A program made the position numbers and the translations under genes. DNA of 64,000 nt from Candidatus Woesearchaeota archaeon (GTDB lineage: Archaea; Nanobdellota; Nanobdellia; Woesearchaeales; GW2011-AR9). This document shows, piece by piece, positions 1 through 13,386 of the stretch. The notes below the pieces were generated by a model. It did no database searches. It worked only from the letters and a program-made list of their open reading frames with translations, and was not told the origin of the DNA. The first letter of the stretch is position 1; each line of letters opens with the position of its first letter. The stretch is taken from NCBI GenBank assembly GCA_018696595.1, contig JABHQW010000003.1, positions 192,001 to 256,000 on the forward strand, written 5' to 3'.

Positions 1-1
1 T

Positions 2-325
2 GAGAAAGATATTGCTTTAGCAGCAATTATGGTTCTTGCTTTCGGAGATTCAGTAAGTCACATGTTTGGAGCAAAGTTTGGAAAGATAAAAAATATTATT
101 AGTGGTGACAGTAAAAAACTTTTAGAAGGAACTTTTGCTGGAACTGTTGCAGGAGCTTTATCAGCAGCATTATTTGTGCCATTTCCAGAAGCGTTCCTAG
201 GAGCTTTAGCAGCAATGATCTTTGAAGTATTCAAAATTGATTTCAATGATAAAACGCTTGACGACAATATTGTTGTACCGCTGATTGCAGGAACAGTAAT
301 GTTTCTGATTCGAACTTATTTGTAA
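2..325 (+). CDS. SEC59/DGK1/VTE5-like (dolichol/phytol kinase, CTP-transferase family) membrane protein, 5'-partial
   Basis: Frame open from position 2; hydrophobic helices; GDSVS-h-FG-x-x-FGK, K(L)LEGT-x-AG and DDN-I-V-V-P motifs typical of the family. Confidence 0.75.
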   Translation, partial: EKDIALAAIMVLAFGDSVSHMFGAKFGKIKNIISGDSKKLLEGTFAGTVAGALSAALFVPFPEAFLGALAAMIFEVFKIDFNDKTLDDNIVVPLIAGTVMFLIRTYL

Positions 326-418
326 AAAATTATAACTTAATTATCCCTTAAACCACCACAATTCTTTTAAACAAACAATTCTTACAAACTAACATCATAT
401 CCAAAGAGGTGTTTTAAA

Positions 419-970
419 ATGTGTAATGATTGTGAAGAACATAAAAAAGATAAAAAGTGTTGTGAAGAAAATAAAGAAGAATGTTGCGAAGAAAAAACAG
501 AGCAATGTTGTAACGAAAAGAAAGATTGCTGTTCTGAAGAAAATAAAGAATGTTGTGAAGAAAGTCCTTCTGCCGAAGAAATTATTGAAGAAGTAAAAAG
601 AGAAGACGAACAAGAAGAAGCAAAAGAACAACCTAAAGCTTACCCTGCTGAAGAGCAAGGAATAACAGAAGAAACAACTGAAACAACTGACATCAAAGAA
701 GAGATGGACATGGGTGAAAGAGATGAAAATCTTGATACAGAAGTAGGCCGAGAAAAACAAGTTGAAGATGATGAAATCAATCCAGAAGAAGCAGGTTTCA
801 TGCAAGGAGAATCTGGAGCTGGTCAACTTGGAAAAGATGCTCTTACTGGAGAACCTTTAATGGATATTGAAGATGTTGTTGAAACAGAAATTGATGGCCA
901 GATGTACAGGTTTGTAAATCAAGAAAACGCTGAAGAGTTCCGAAAGAAGAAAGAAAAAGAGAACCAATAG
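419..970 (+). CDS. Acidic protein with N-terminal Cys-Cys repeats and C-terminal TRASH/YHS-like fold
   Basis: SD GAGGTG 7 nt before ATG; five CC pairs spaced about 7-8 aa; C-terminal DALTGEPL...EIDGQMYRF resembles TRASH/YHS but lacks the Cys ligands. Confidence 0.7.
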   Translation: MCNDCEEHKKDKKCCEENKEECCEEKTEQCCNEKKDCCSEENKECCEESPSAEEIIEEVKREDEQEEAKEQPKAYPAEEQGITEETTETTDIKEEMDMGERDENLDTEVGREKQVEDDEINPEEAGFMQGESGAGQLGKDALTGEPLMDIEDVVETEIDGQMYRFVNQENAEEFRKKKEKENQ

Positions 971-1045
971 CTTTCTTATTTTTTTATTTATCTTTATTTC
1001 TATTACATAAACCATTATATACTTCTAAGCTAAAAAGTCATTAAA

Positions 1046-2167
1046 TTGCCAATTTTACAACCATTGTATGAAGATGTACAAGTAGAAACATTTCAAGGAA
1101 AATATCAAGTCCAACTAGAAATTCTTCCAGAATCCACATTAACAAGAGATGACATTCAAAGAGTCTTAGAATTAGCTTCTTGGAGAAAAGACCCAAATAC
1201 AGAACCAGTTAGTTATGAAGGGGGCAGAGGTATATTAGTTCCAAGAAAAGAACCAATAACAATTCAAGATCAAAAATTAGAAACATTGTTAATTAGCGGA
1301 ATTGGTTATCGTAAGATGTTAGTTGATGATTCTGGAAATGCAAGTGTTGAAGAAGATATTTTTTATCCGCCATCAACAGAAAATTTTATGGATGGTCTTC
1401 CAAAAGGATTGATTGGCTATAGTTACGCCAAAGGAGAAGAAATCGTTGATGAATTTGATGGATATTCCCCGTTAGGAACATACACGACAGAAACATTAAA
1501 AGAAAAGATTGAACAAACAAGATTAGCATCGGGCTTAGGGTTAACCAAACTGATTGTCCCCCCAATTGAAGCATATGGAAGATTTGTTAATGAAGAATTA
1601 CAAAATGATTCTGGAAACTTTGGGTTCTTAGTTTTTTCGGTTCCAGAGAATAACAAAAGATTCAGGGAAAGATTAAGGAACATAATTTGTAGTGGTAAAG
1701 AAGATAACACCATATTGAATCACGTTCTTCAATCTATGCAATCATTCATTTCGGTCATTTATCCGGGACTGTATGAATTACATTGGAAGGGTTATGCTCA
1801 TGGATCAACTCATTTATCCAATTGGTATTCAGAAAATAAAGCCATACTCAGCGATTGGGAAACAACACAAAAGTTAGATGGAAATAGAATAGATAATGCA
1901 TTAAACTGTTTAATTGATTTTCACAGACCAATTGTAGAGATGTGCCACCTTATTAAAGACTTTGAAATTGATCAAGAACTATTAGAAAAAATTGAAGAGG
2001 CAATATTTTATGATGCGATTGAAAATTATTGTCCCGAAAGATATCCTGGATTCAATCTTGATCCCAGAAAAATAGATTTAAGAGACAAAGATTCAAAAAC
2101 AAGACCAGAGTTAATTGAATGGATGAAGCAATGTATGGAAACAGAATTATCACTAAAAATTGTATAG
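1046..2167 (+). CDS. Orphan protein with atypical kinase-like (SelO-like) motifs
   Basis: 373-aa ORF; TTG start about 30 nt after ATTATATA; motifs GGRG, SGIG and LHWKGYAHGSTHLSNW...LSDWE. Confidence 0.55.
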   Translation: MPILQPLYEDVQVETFQGKYQVQLEILPESTLTRDDIQRVLELASWRKDPNTEPVSYEGGRGILVPRKEPITIQDQKLETLLISGIGYRKMLVDDSGNASVEEDIFYPPSTENFMDGLPKGLIGYSYAKGEEIVDEFDGYSPLGTYTTETLKEKIEQTRLASGLGLTKLIVPPIEAYGRFVNEELQNDSGNFGFLVFSVPENNKRFRERLRNIICSGKEDNTILNHVLQSMQSFISVIYPGLYELHWKGYAHGSTHLSNWYSENKAILSDWETTQKLDGNRIDNALNCLIDFHRPIVEMCHLIKDFEIDQELLEKIEEAIFYDAIENYCPERYPGFNLDPRKIDLRDKDSKTRPELIEWMKQCMETELSLKIV

Positions 2168-2269
2168 CTAAAGCTACTTTAAATATTTATAATAAAAATG
2201 ATTTAACATTAAAACATAGCTAACGCTAAGTATAAATTTCTTTCAATCTAAACAACATAGCTAAAGCTA
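2165..2269. repeat. Three copies of palindrome TAGCTAA(A/C)GCTA
   Basis: Copies at 2165-2176, 2217-2228 and 2258-2269, read directly from the sequence. Confidence 0.8.
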
Positions 2270-2299
2270 TTCTAAAATTAAAAAAAAGAAAAAAATGAA

Positions 2300-2327
2300 A
2301 AGCCATACACAATGACAAAACCAACAT
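2300..2327 (-). other. 3' arm of the pre-23S processing stem
   Basis: Complementary to 5260-5287 on the minus-strand transcript: 27 of 28 pairs including G-U. Confidence 0.8.
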
Positions 2328-2334
2328 GCTAAAG

Positions 2335-5250
<2,916 letters not shown>

Positions 5251-5259
5251 AAACCTAAG

Positions 5260-5287
5260 ATGTTGATCTTGTCTTTGTGTATGGCTC
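5260..5287 (-). other. 5' arm of the pre-23S processing stem
   Basis: Inverted repeat partner of 2300-2327. Confidence 0.8.
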
Positions 5288-5428
5288 ATCAATATGATGT
5301 AATTTCGTGATGGAATTGTGAAACTCTCACTCCATCATATCTTAACCAATAACCGCCAAGAATTAAAATTCTTGAAGATTTATGTTTTGTGCCCTAAAAA
5401 AACTCAATGGATTTTCAGGAACACAAAA

Positions 5429-5504
5429 TGGACCCGTCGGGATTCGAACCCGAGGCCTCCTCCTTGCAAGGGAGGCGCTCTAATCCGGACTGAGCTACGG
5501 GCCC
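5429..5504 (-). tRNA. tRNA-Ala(UGC), intron-less, CCA not encoded
   Basis: GGGCCCG acceptor stem, anticodon loop CUUGCAA, GGUUCGAAUCC T-arm; lies in the 16S-23S spacer. Confidence 0.97.
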
Positions 5505-5545
5505 GGTAATGATTTTACATATGTTCTTTTTTTATAAAAAAAAAA

Positions 5546-7112
<1,567 letters not shown>

Positions 7113-7548
7113 TATTTTCGTTTTTATTTTACATCCCTAGAATACATTATTGGTCACTTTAAAGCTACTTATTTGGAATTGTCAAAATTTCATCGTCCAA
7201 AATTAATTGGATCACCTATTTCATACTCAATATTAGTTGAGTACACATGTGTTTCTCTTCTAGAAAAGAGGGTGTTTATAAAGCTTTCTGAAAAAAGCCC
7301 TTAATCTTGCTTAAATGGAGTTAGAAATCACCAAAAATGGTGCTTTTTTCAATAAAAAAATAAAAAATGAGTTACAATAAATTTTTGTTTTTTATCCTCA
7401 TACAATTATCTTTTTCTTTAATCTTCTCGTCGTAAAGTTTAATCCAAACTAATAAAGTTATCCTAAACGACTAAAGAACCAAAGAAAAAAATGACTAAAT
7501 TGTCCCATACCCACAAGATTTAAATACCCCTGAATTTTACTTTTTTCC

Positions 7549-8577
7549 ATGCTAACAAATAAAGAAGTCAAATATTTGAGGGAAGAGTTAGCCAATGCTA
7601 AGAACCCATTATTCTTCTATGATGATGATCCGGATGGTATTTGTTCATTTGTTCTGTTATACAAAATCCATAGAGAAGGAAGAGGAATAATAGTTAAAGC
7701 ATCACCAAAACTAGATTCAAGATTAACCCATAAAGTTCAGGAAAACTCGCCAGATAAAATATTTATTTTAGACATACCTATTACTAGTCAAGAATTTATT
7801 GACCAAGCAAAAACACCAGTCTATTATATAGACCATCACGAACCATTAGAATTAAACAAAGTCAAATATTATAATCCCCGAATTAAAAATCCAAGTGCAT
7901 ACATTCCCACAACAAGAATGTGTTATCAAATTAGTGGAGATAAAAACAATCTTTGGATTGCAACCGTTGGTTGTTTAGCAGATTGGCACATGCCAGATTT
8001 TATTGATGAATTTATTAAAGAATATCCTCAACTATTAGATAAAAACAAAGATTTGAATTATGCTGTGTACCACCAACCTGTTGGAAAATTAGTAAGAATA
8101 TTTTCATTCTTACTGAAAGGGCCAACGTCTGATGTGAGAAAGTCAATAAAAATCCTGACCCGAATTAAAACACCTTTTGAAATACTTAACCAAGAAACTT
8201 CACAAGGAAAATTTCTTTATCGTCGTTTTGAAAAAATTAATCAACAGTATGAAGATTTAGTAGCAGAAGCAAAGAAAAAAGCAACCCGGAGCAAATTGTT
8301 ATTATTTTATTATTCAGAAAACAAATGGTCATTCACAGCAGACTTAGCTAATGAGTTAGTTAACCTCTTTCCAAAAAAAGTTATAATTATTGCCAGAAAT
8401 AAATCAGGAGAGATGAAATGTAGTGTCAGAGCAACAAGAAACATCAGAGACCCCCTCCAAAAAGCTTTAGTTGGAATCCAAGGCCGCGGTGGAGGACACG
8501 AAAACGCTTGCGGCACAGTAATCAAAGAAGAAGATTGGGAACAGTTCTTGAAAAACTTCAAAAGGGAAATTAAATGA
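7549..8577 (+). CDS. DHH family phosphoesterase with DHHA1 domain
   Basis: DDDPDG, ILD, IDHH and C-terminal GRGGGH-x-x-A-C-G motifs; TTTAAATA 30 nt upstream. Confidence 0.9.
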   Translation: MLTNKEVKYLREELANAKNPLFFYDDDPDGICSFVLLYKIHREGRGIIVKASPKLDSRLTHKVQENSPDKIFILDIPITSQEFIDQAKTPVYYIDHHEPLELNKVKYYNPRIKNPSAYIPTTRMCYQISGDKNNLWIATVGCLADWHMPDFIDEFIKEYPQLLDKNKDLNYAVYHQPVGKLVRIFSFLLKGPTSDVRKSIKILTRIKTPFEILNQETSQGKFLYRRFEKINQQYEDLVAEAKKKATRSKLLLFYYSENKWSFTADLANELVNLFPKKVIIIARNKSGEMKCSVRATRNIRDPLQKALVGIQGRGGGHENACGTVIKEEDWEQFLKNFKREIK

Positions 8578-8978
8578 ATTTCATTTTGGAAATTTTAATG
8601 TTATTGTTTGCTTGTACTGGAATAATCTTTGGAGTTATATTAGCAATGATCGCGCCCGAAGAGTTGAGTTCTGGAAAAAAGTATTTTTTATTAATGAAAA
8701 GAGTTTTGTTTATAATTCTCTTTTTCTTTGTGAACTATTTATTATACATTGCTGAGAATTATGTTTTAATTATAGTGTTTAGTATATTAGCAATAATCTT
8801 GTTTGTAATTGAATTAACTATTTGGAAAAAAGCTTATGAAATTGCTAATTATGTTATATTCTTAATACCTTACTTTTTTGTTCTTGGAAGCAATAATAAA
8901 ATGATTTTAGCAACAATGATATTTATTTATGGATTACCAACAGGAACACTAATTAAGAGAAAGTTAGAAAATGTCTAA
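8574..8978 (+). CDS. Small multi-pass membrane protein
   Basis: About five hydrophobic segments; ATGA overlap with the upstream gene. Confidence 0.75.
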   Translation: MNFILEILMLLFACTGIIFGVILAMIAPEELSSGKKYFLLMKRVLFIILFFFVNYLLYIAENYVLIIVFSILAIILFVIELTIWKKAYEIANYVIFLIPYFFVLGSNNKMILATMIFIYGLPTGTLIKRKLENV

Positions 8979-9618
8979 GACAGATTTAGAAGAAAAGATT
9001 AAAGAAAAAGTTTCCAGTTTGTTAGAAGAAACCATGGAAAAGCATTGGGGTATTACAATTCCCAAAATCGAAGAAGATTTAAGTGGGAAATTAAGCCATC
9101 CTCAACTGAATATTTATGTTCCTTTAAATTTAAGTTTTTCCGCTGCAAAGAAATTCTTCAAAGCAGAGTTTCTAAAAAGAGAATTGAGATTGCATAAAGG
9201 CAACATTTCACAATTAGCTAAAGTATTAGGTATCGATCGAAGAAGCGTACATCGAGTAATTAAAGATTTGGGTGTTGATGTAGAAAAATTGAGGAAAGAA
9301 ATCCAATCAATCGAAGATTCTCAGACTGGTTTTGTTGATCACGCAATTCGTTCAACTCTTGACCAATATAAAGAAGTAATCCAGCCACAAAAAATGGAAA
9401 AGATGTATGAAGAAGTTCATGAACTTTCTAGAAACATTGCCAAGATTCTTCCGCACCAAGAACTAAGTTGGAAAGAAGCTGAGAAAGAGTTTGAGAGACA
9501 GTTTTTGAGTGAAGCACTTAAAGAAAGTAAAGGTGTTGTTACAAAAGCAGCTTCTAAGTTAAAAATTCGGGTAGAGACTTTACATCGGAAGATTAAAAGG
9601 TTAGGATTGGAGAGATGA
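8971..9618 (+). CDS. Protein with two Fis-type (HTH_8) helix-turn-helix domains
   Basis: LRLHKGNISQLAKVLGIDRRSVHR and LKESKGVVTKAASKLKIRVETLHRK. Confidence 0.8.
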   Translation: MSKTDLEEKIKEKVSSLLEETMEKHWGITIPKIEEDLSGKLSHPQLNIYVPLNLSFSAAKKFFKAEFLKRELRLHKGNISQLAKVLGIDRRSVHRVIKDLGVDVEKLRKEIQSIEDSQTGFVDHAIRSTLDQYKEVIQPQKMEKMYEEVHELSRNIAKILPHQELSWKEAEKEFERQFLSEALKESKGVVTKAASKLKIRVETLHRKIKRLGLER

Positions 9619-9694
9619 GTAGACTCTATCACCAAAAACTTTAATAAGCATTACAAAATCATAAATTAACATTAAAAGGGGATGAGGTAGCAAG

Positions 9695-10333
9695 ATGGTT
9701 AAAAAATTTTTAAAAAATCTATTCAGTAAGCTTAAATTCAATCCATTTGCAAGAAAAAGCCATGTTAAATTAGGATTATATGGGCCACCGAATGGAGGAA
9801 AATCAACATTAGCTAATCGGGTTTGTCTGGATTGGTTAGGTGAAGAAATGTCTTCTGTTTCACATATTGCTCACGAAACTAGAGAGATCAAGATTAAAGA
9901 GCAAGTAAACATTAAAAATAAGAAAGGGAAAGAATTAACTTTTTCTCTTGTTGACACTCCTGGAATCGCAACAAAGATTGATTATGAAGATTTCTTAAAA
10001 AGAGGGATGAAAAAGAAAGAAGCTAAAGCTCGAGCTAAAGAAGCAACTAAAGGAGTTATTGATTCAATTAAATGGCTTGATGAAATGGAATGTGTAGTTG
10101 TGGTTTTAGATGCAACAAAAGATCCATATTCACAAGTTAACATTACAATCATTGGAAACTTACAAGCAAGAAATATTCCAGTATTAATCGCTGCCAATAA
10201 AATTGATCTTAAAAGAGCTAACATGGATGTCATTAAAGCAGCATTTCCACAATATGAAATTGTTGGAGTTTCTGCAAAATATGGCAAAAATTTAGAAGAG
10301 TTTTATGAACAGCTGTTTAAGGTAGCAAAGTAA
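9695..10333 (+). CDS. oapA: Era-like small GTPase OapA
   Basis: G1 GPPNGGKST, G3 DTPG, G4 NKID, G5 VSAK; followed by DUF2073-like and Zn-ribbon genes as in the oapABC cluster. Confidence 0.85.
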   Translation: MVKKFLKNLFSKLKFNPFARKSHVKLGLYGPPNGGKSTLANRVCLDWLGEEMSSVSHIAHETREIKIKEQVNIKNKKGKELTFSLVDTPGIATKIDYEDFLKRGMKKKEAKARAKEATKGVIDSIKWLDEMECVVVVLDATKDPYSQVNITIIGNLQARNIPVLIAANKIDLKRANMDVIKAAFPQYEIVGVSAKYGKNLEEFYEQLFKVAK

Positions 10334-10415
10334 AATACATGATAGATTATATATAATAAAAAACAAGATTTAAAAAGTGTAAAGATTTACTAAATAAGAA
10401 AGAGGTTAAGAAAAG

Positions 10416-10829
10416 ATGGTTACATTCCAATTCGTTCCGTACACAGACATTGAAGTTATGAGTTCTGCTAAAAGGATTAATAAGCTTTTAAAAATTGTAA
10501 AAGAAGAGAAAATTGTTTTAATGGAAGGCAGACTTAAGAAACACGAGGAAGCTGATTTAATTGAAATTACTATGGAAGAAATTTCCCCAAAGTTCAAAGG
10601 TATTGAACTAAGCGTAGTATATCCTGATAAAAAGAAACAAGATTTGGGTCAAAAAATGCGTGGTGCCTTTGCTAACGTTTTGTTAGGAGACCGACAAGGC
10701 ATGACAATTATTGGACCTGCTTCTGTGGTTAAAAGAATTGAACAAAATCCTGATAAGATTGAATTGTTTACTAAAGATAGTAAAAGTAAGCCAGTTGGTC
10801 CAAAGAGAAGATACAGAAAAAGAAAATAA
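10416..10829 (+). CDS. oapB: DUF2073 family protein OapB
   Basis: IVLMEGRL...EEADLI...GIE...GMTIIGPA pattern and cluster position. Confidence 0.85.
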   Translation: MVTFQFVPYTDIEVMSSAKRINKLLKIVKEEKIVLMEGRLKKHEEADLIEITMEEISPKFKGIELSVVYPDKKKQDLGQKMRGAFANVLLGDRQGMTIIGPASVVKRIEQNPDKIELFTKDSKSKPVGPKRRYRKRK

Positions 10830-10896
10830 AGAATTAGTCTTTATTTACGAAAATAGAATCAAAAGTATTAAAAAACAATAAGTTATTTATTTTAAT

Positions 10897-11277
10897 ATGC
10901 CACATCAATGTGTAAGGTGTAATAAATTATACCAAGACGGAGCTCAAGAAATTCTTAAAGGATGTAGTTGTGGCGCTAGACTGTTCTTTTACATTAAGAA
11001 AAAGCATATTGAAGATGGTAAAACTTTAGTGAGTAACTTTTCTAAAGAAGATAAAGACCAAATTGAAAAAGATGTTACTGAGATTTTGCATATCAAGAAA
11101 GAAGACAAGAATAAGCCAGTAGTTTTAGATTTGGAAAGTATTCGTATTGCTGGTCCTGGAAAGTATGAATTGGATTTAGTCCATATGTTCAAAAAAGATC
11201 CGATGGTAGTTAAGTTAGAAGAAGGAAAGTATGTTATTGATCTTGCTCAAATGTTTAAAGAAGGCAATAAAGAGTGA
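10897..11277 (+). CDS. oapC: Zn-ribbon protein OapC (DUF2072)
   Basis: MPHQCVRC...GCSCG..F and ESIRI..PGKYELDL motifs. Confidence 0.87.
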   Translation: MPHQCVRCNKLYQDGAQEILKGCSCGARLFFYIKKKHIEDGKTLVSNFSKEDKDQIEKDVTEILHIKKEDKNKPVVLDLESIRIAGPGKYELDLVHMFKKDPMVVKLEEGKYVIDLAQMFKEGNKE

Positions 11278-11298
11278 TTGTTAAGTAAGTTTTAAAAT

Positions 11299-12003
11299 AT
11301 GGCAAATAAAAAGCTAGTAGATTATATTAAAAAAGAGGAAGCAAGAGGTTATTCTATTCAACAATTAAGAAAAACTTTACTTGAAAGCAAATATAAAAAG
11401 GAAGAAGTTGAAGAAGCATTTAAATTTTTAAATAAAGATGAAGAACAAAAAAGCTTTCCTTTTTTAGCTTTTACAACATTATTGTTAGGATTTGGAGTAG
11501 TTTCTTTATTGTTAACATTTCTTTTTATTTTAATGATTTCTCTCTTAAGTGTCCATATAACAATTGGTTATTTTCTAATCATTTTATTTGGATTAATTAC
11601 TGGATACTATTTTTATCATGTTACTAATTCATTAAGAATTAAAGATAAGTTAAAAGCGATTATCGGAATAGTTTCTCCTATTTTCTCTTTAGTTCCTATT
11701 ATATTGTTATTTAGATCAATCAGGTTATTACAAGAAGAGCTGAGTTCTTTTGCCGCACAAGGAAAAGACTTAATGTTGGGAGGCGGAGTGCATCAAATTT
11801 TTAGTCAAAGTATTCCCCACCCGTACATTTCAGCAGCAATTTTTTATATTTGTTGTAATGTATTTATAATTACAAAAATCGTTAAAGATAAGAAACAAAA
11901 ACATTTAATGTGGTATCTTTTAGCACCCACTTTACTTTTTCTAATTTGGTTAATTACAGAAGTTGTCACAAAAACAATTATGGCAAACACATTAGGATTA
12001 TAA
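11299..12003 (+). CDS. Multi-pass membrane protein with a small N-terminal helical domain
   Basis: N-terminal LVDYIKKEEARGYSIQQLRKTLLESKY followed by about five TM helices. Confidence 0.7.
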   Translation: MANKKLVDYIKKEEARGYSIQQLRKTLLESKYKKEEVEEAFKFLNKDEEQKSFPFLAFTTLLLGFGVVSLLLTFLFILMISLLSVHITIGYFLIILFGLITGYYFYHVTNSLRIKDKLKAIIGIVSPIFSLVPIILLFRSIRLLQEELSSFAAQGKDLMLGGGVHQIFSQSIPHPYISAAIFYICCNVFIITKIVKDKKQKHLMWYLLAPTLLFLIWLITEVVTKTIMANTLGL

Positions 12004-12015
12004 CTTTCCTTTAAC
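11998..12015. repeat. Direct repeat, left copy (18 bp, 1 mismatch) flanking the PHP gene
   Basis: ttataactttcctttaac versus ttataacttacctttaac at 12757-12774. Confidence 0.8.
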
Positions 12016-12051
12016 ATAAGTTTTAAATATTATACACTTTCTGAGAATTTT

Positions 12052-12762
12052 ATGATATTAATTAATGATCTAGCAAAAGAAGATCATCATATGCATACCT
12101 GTACTTTCTCTGATGGAGACAATACTGCTGAAGAGATGATTAGAGTAGCTGGAGAAATTGGTTTAGAAAGGATTGCAATTACAGACCATAGTAAAATGAT
12201 TATAGATTCTTACTGGACAAATTTAAAAAGGGATCTTAGTCCAAAACTCAATAGAGACAAATTTAAAGAAAGATGGCAAGGCCAACAAGATAACGGAGTT
12301 AATGTTATTATTGGATTAGAAGCAGACTTAGTTAATGAAAATGGAGATGTTTGTGATTATAATTGGGATCCGTGTTTTAAAGAAGATTGGTTAATCTTAT
12401 CTGCCCATTTATATGGCTATGATGGTGATGGATCAAAAGTCATGCAAGGATATCTTAAAGCAATACAAAGATTTGGTGAAAGAATTAAAGTGATTGGCCA
12501 CCCTTATTGTTCAAGAGATTTTTCTCCCTATACTGACATGAAAGAATTAGCAAAAGCTGCTAATGACTATGGTATTGCTGGAGAGATAAATGGAAAATGT
12601 TTTTCTAATCCAGAAAGACTTCTTGATTTTAAACAATTGGAGTTAATGTTAGAACACTTCGATAGAATTGTAATTAATAGTGATGCCCATAACACAAGAG
12701 AATTGGAGAATGGAAGACTAAAACCATTTCAGTATCTTAAAGAGAAGGGATTAGTTTTATAA
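12052..12762 (+). CDS. PHP domain phosphoesterase
   Basis: HMHTCTFSDG, AITDH, GLEAD, GHP and NSDAH motifs; TTTAAATA 30 nt upstream. Confidence 0.9.
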   Translation: MILINDLAKEDHHMHTCTFSDGDNTAEEMIRVAGEIGLERIAITDHSKMIIDSYWTNLKRDLSPKLNRDKFKERWQGQQDNGVNVIIGLEADLVNENGDVCDYNWDPCFKEDWLILSAHLYGYDGDGSKVMQGYLKAIQRFGERIKVIGHPYCSRDFSPYTDMKELAKAANDYGIAGEINGKCFSNPERLLDFKQLELMLEHFDRIVINSDAHNTRELENGRLKPFQYLKEKGLVL

Positions 12763-12774
12763 CTTACCTTTAAC
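12757..12774. repeat. Direct repeat, right copy; the 3' end of the ZPR1 gene
   Basis: Encodes VKGKL-stop of ZPR1 on the minus strand; the left copy encodes the same peptide with one synonymous change. Confidence 0.8.
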
Positions 12775-13269
12775 GGCTTTATCACTTATTATTGCGCTAT
12801 GGCCAGTAGGATCTTCAATGATAAGTTTTAATTTCTCTCTGCCAACAAGAACTTTGCCCAACTTCTTAACTTGGTTTTTAGCTTTTTTTCTTAAAGAAGC
12901 ATCGTCTTCGCCTTCAACAGAAGCTTCAATGATTTTTTTTACTCTCTCAATTAAACCTTCGACATTAGTTATATATCCGCTAGAAGCAGGACCTGGTTCC
13001 ATAGTAATAACATGTGGGATTTTTACAGTTGCGTCCCCGGACTTAACAACTTTAACATTTAAATCATCATCTGAATTGATTTCAAAAGTATATTTGCAAG
13101 GTTCTTTCTTTTCTGCAGGCTCAATGTCTGACTTTCTATAACCACAATCAGAACATTCCACTGAAAGAATAAATATCCTTCCGAAGTGCGGTATTTCTGC
13201 TTCTTCTTCTCTAAGAGTAGCTTTATTTCCACCACAAATTGAACAATGTTGATTTTTTAACTCAGCCAT
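12757..13269 (-). CDS. ZPR1 zinc finger domain protein
   Basis: CSICG...IPHFG...CSDCGY...PG....GYITNVEG...LIIEDPTGHS. Confidence 0.92.
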   Translation of the reverse strand: MAELKNQHCSICGGNKATLREEEAEIPHFGRIFILSVECSDCGYRKSDIEPAEKKEPCKYTFEINSDDDLNVKVVKSGDATVKIPHVITMEPGPASSGYITNVEGLIERVKKIIEASVEGEDDASLRKKAKNQVKKLGKVLVGREKLKLIIEDPTGHSAIISDKAVKGKL

Positions 13270-13386
13270 GTTAATTAGAAAGAGAGATAGGTTTAAAAAG
13301 ATTTCGCCGCGGAGGAATATTAATCTAAAAAAATTGTTTTTTCCATCACAATATTCTTTATATATCCCCCCATATTACAAAGAGCA

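Noticed and set aside
964-2169. ATAGCT at both ends of the SelO-like orphan as a target duplication
   Set aside because: 6 bp is within chance expectation
2168-2334. 5S rRNA downstream of 23S
   Set aside because: Region is AT-rich with no 5S helix I or loop C (CCGAAC) signature
7113-7548. Replication origin near oapABC / the rRNA promoter
   Set aside because: No ORB or mini-ORB repeats recognisable and no cdc6/orc1 in the window; the AT-rich stretch is explained by divergent promoters
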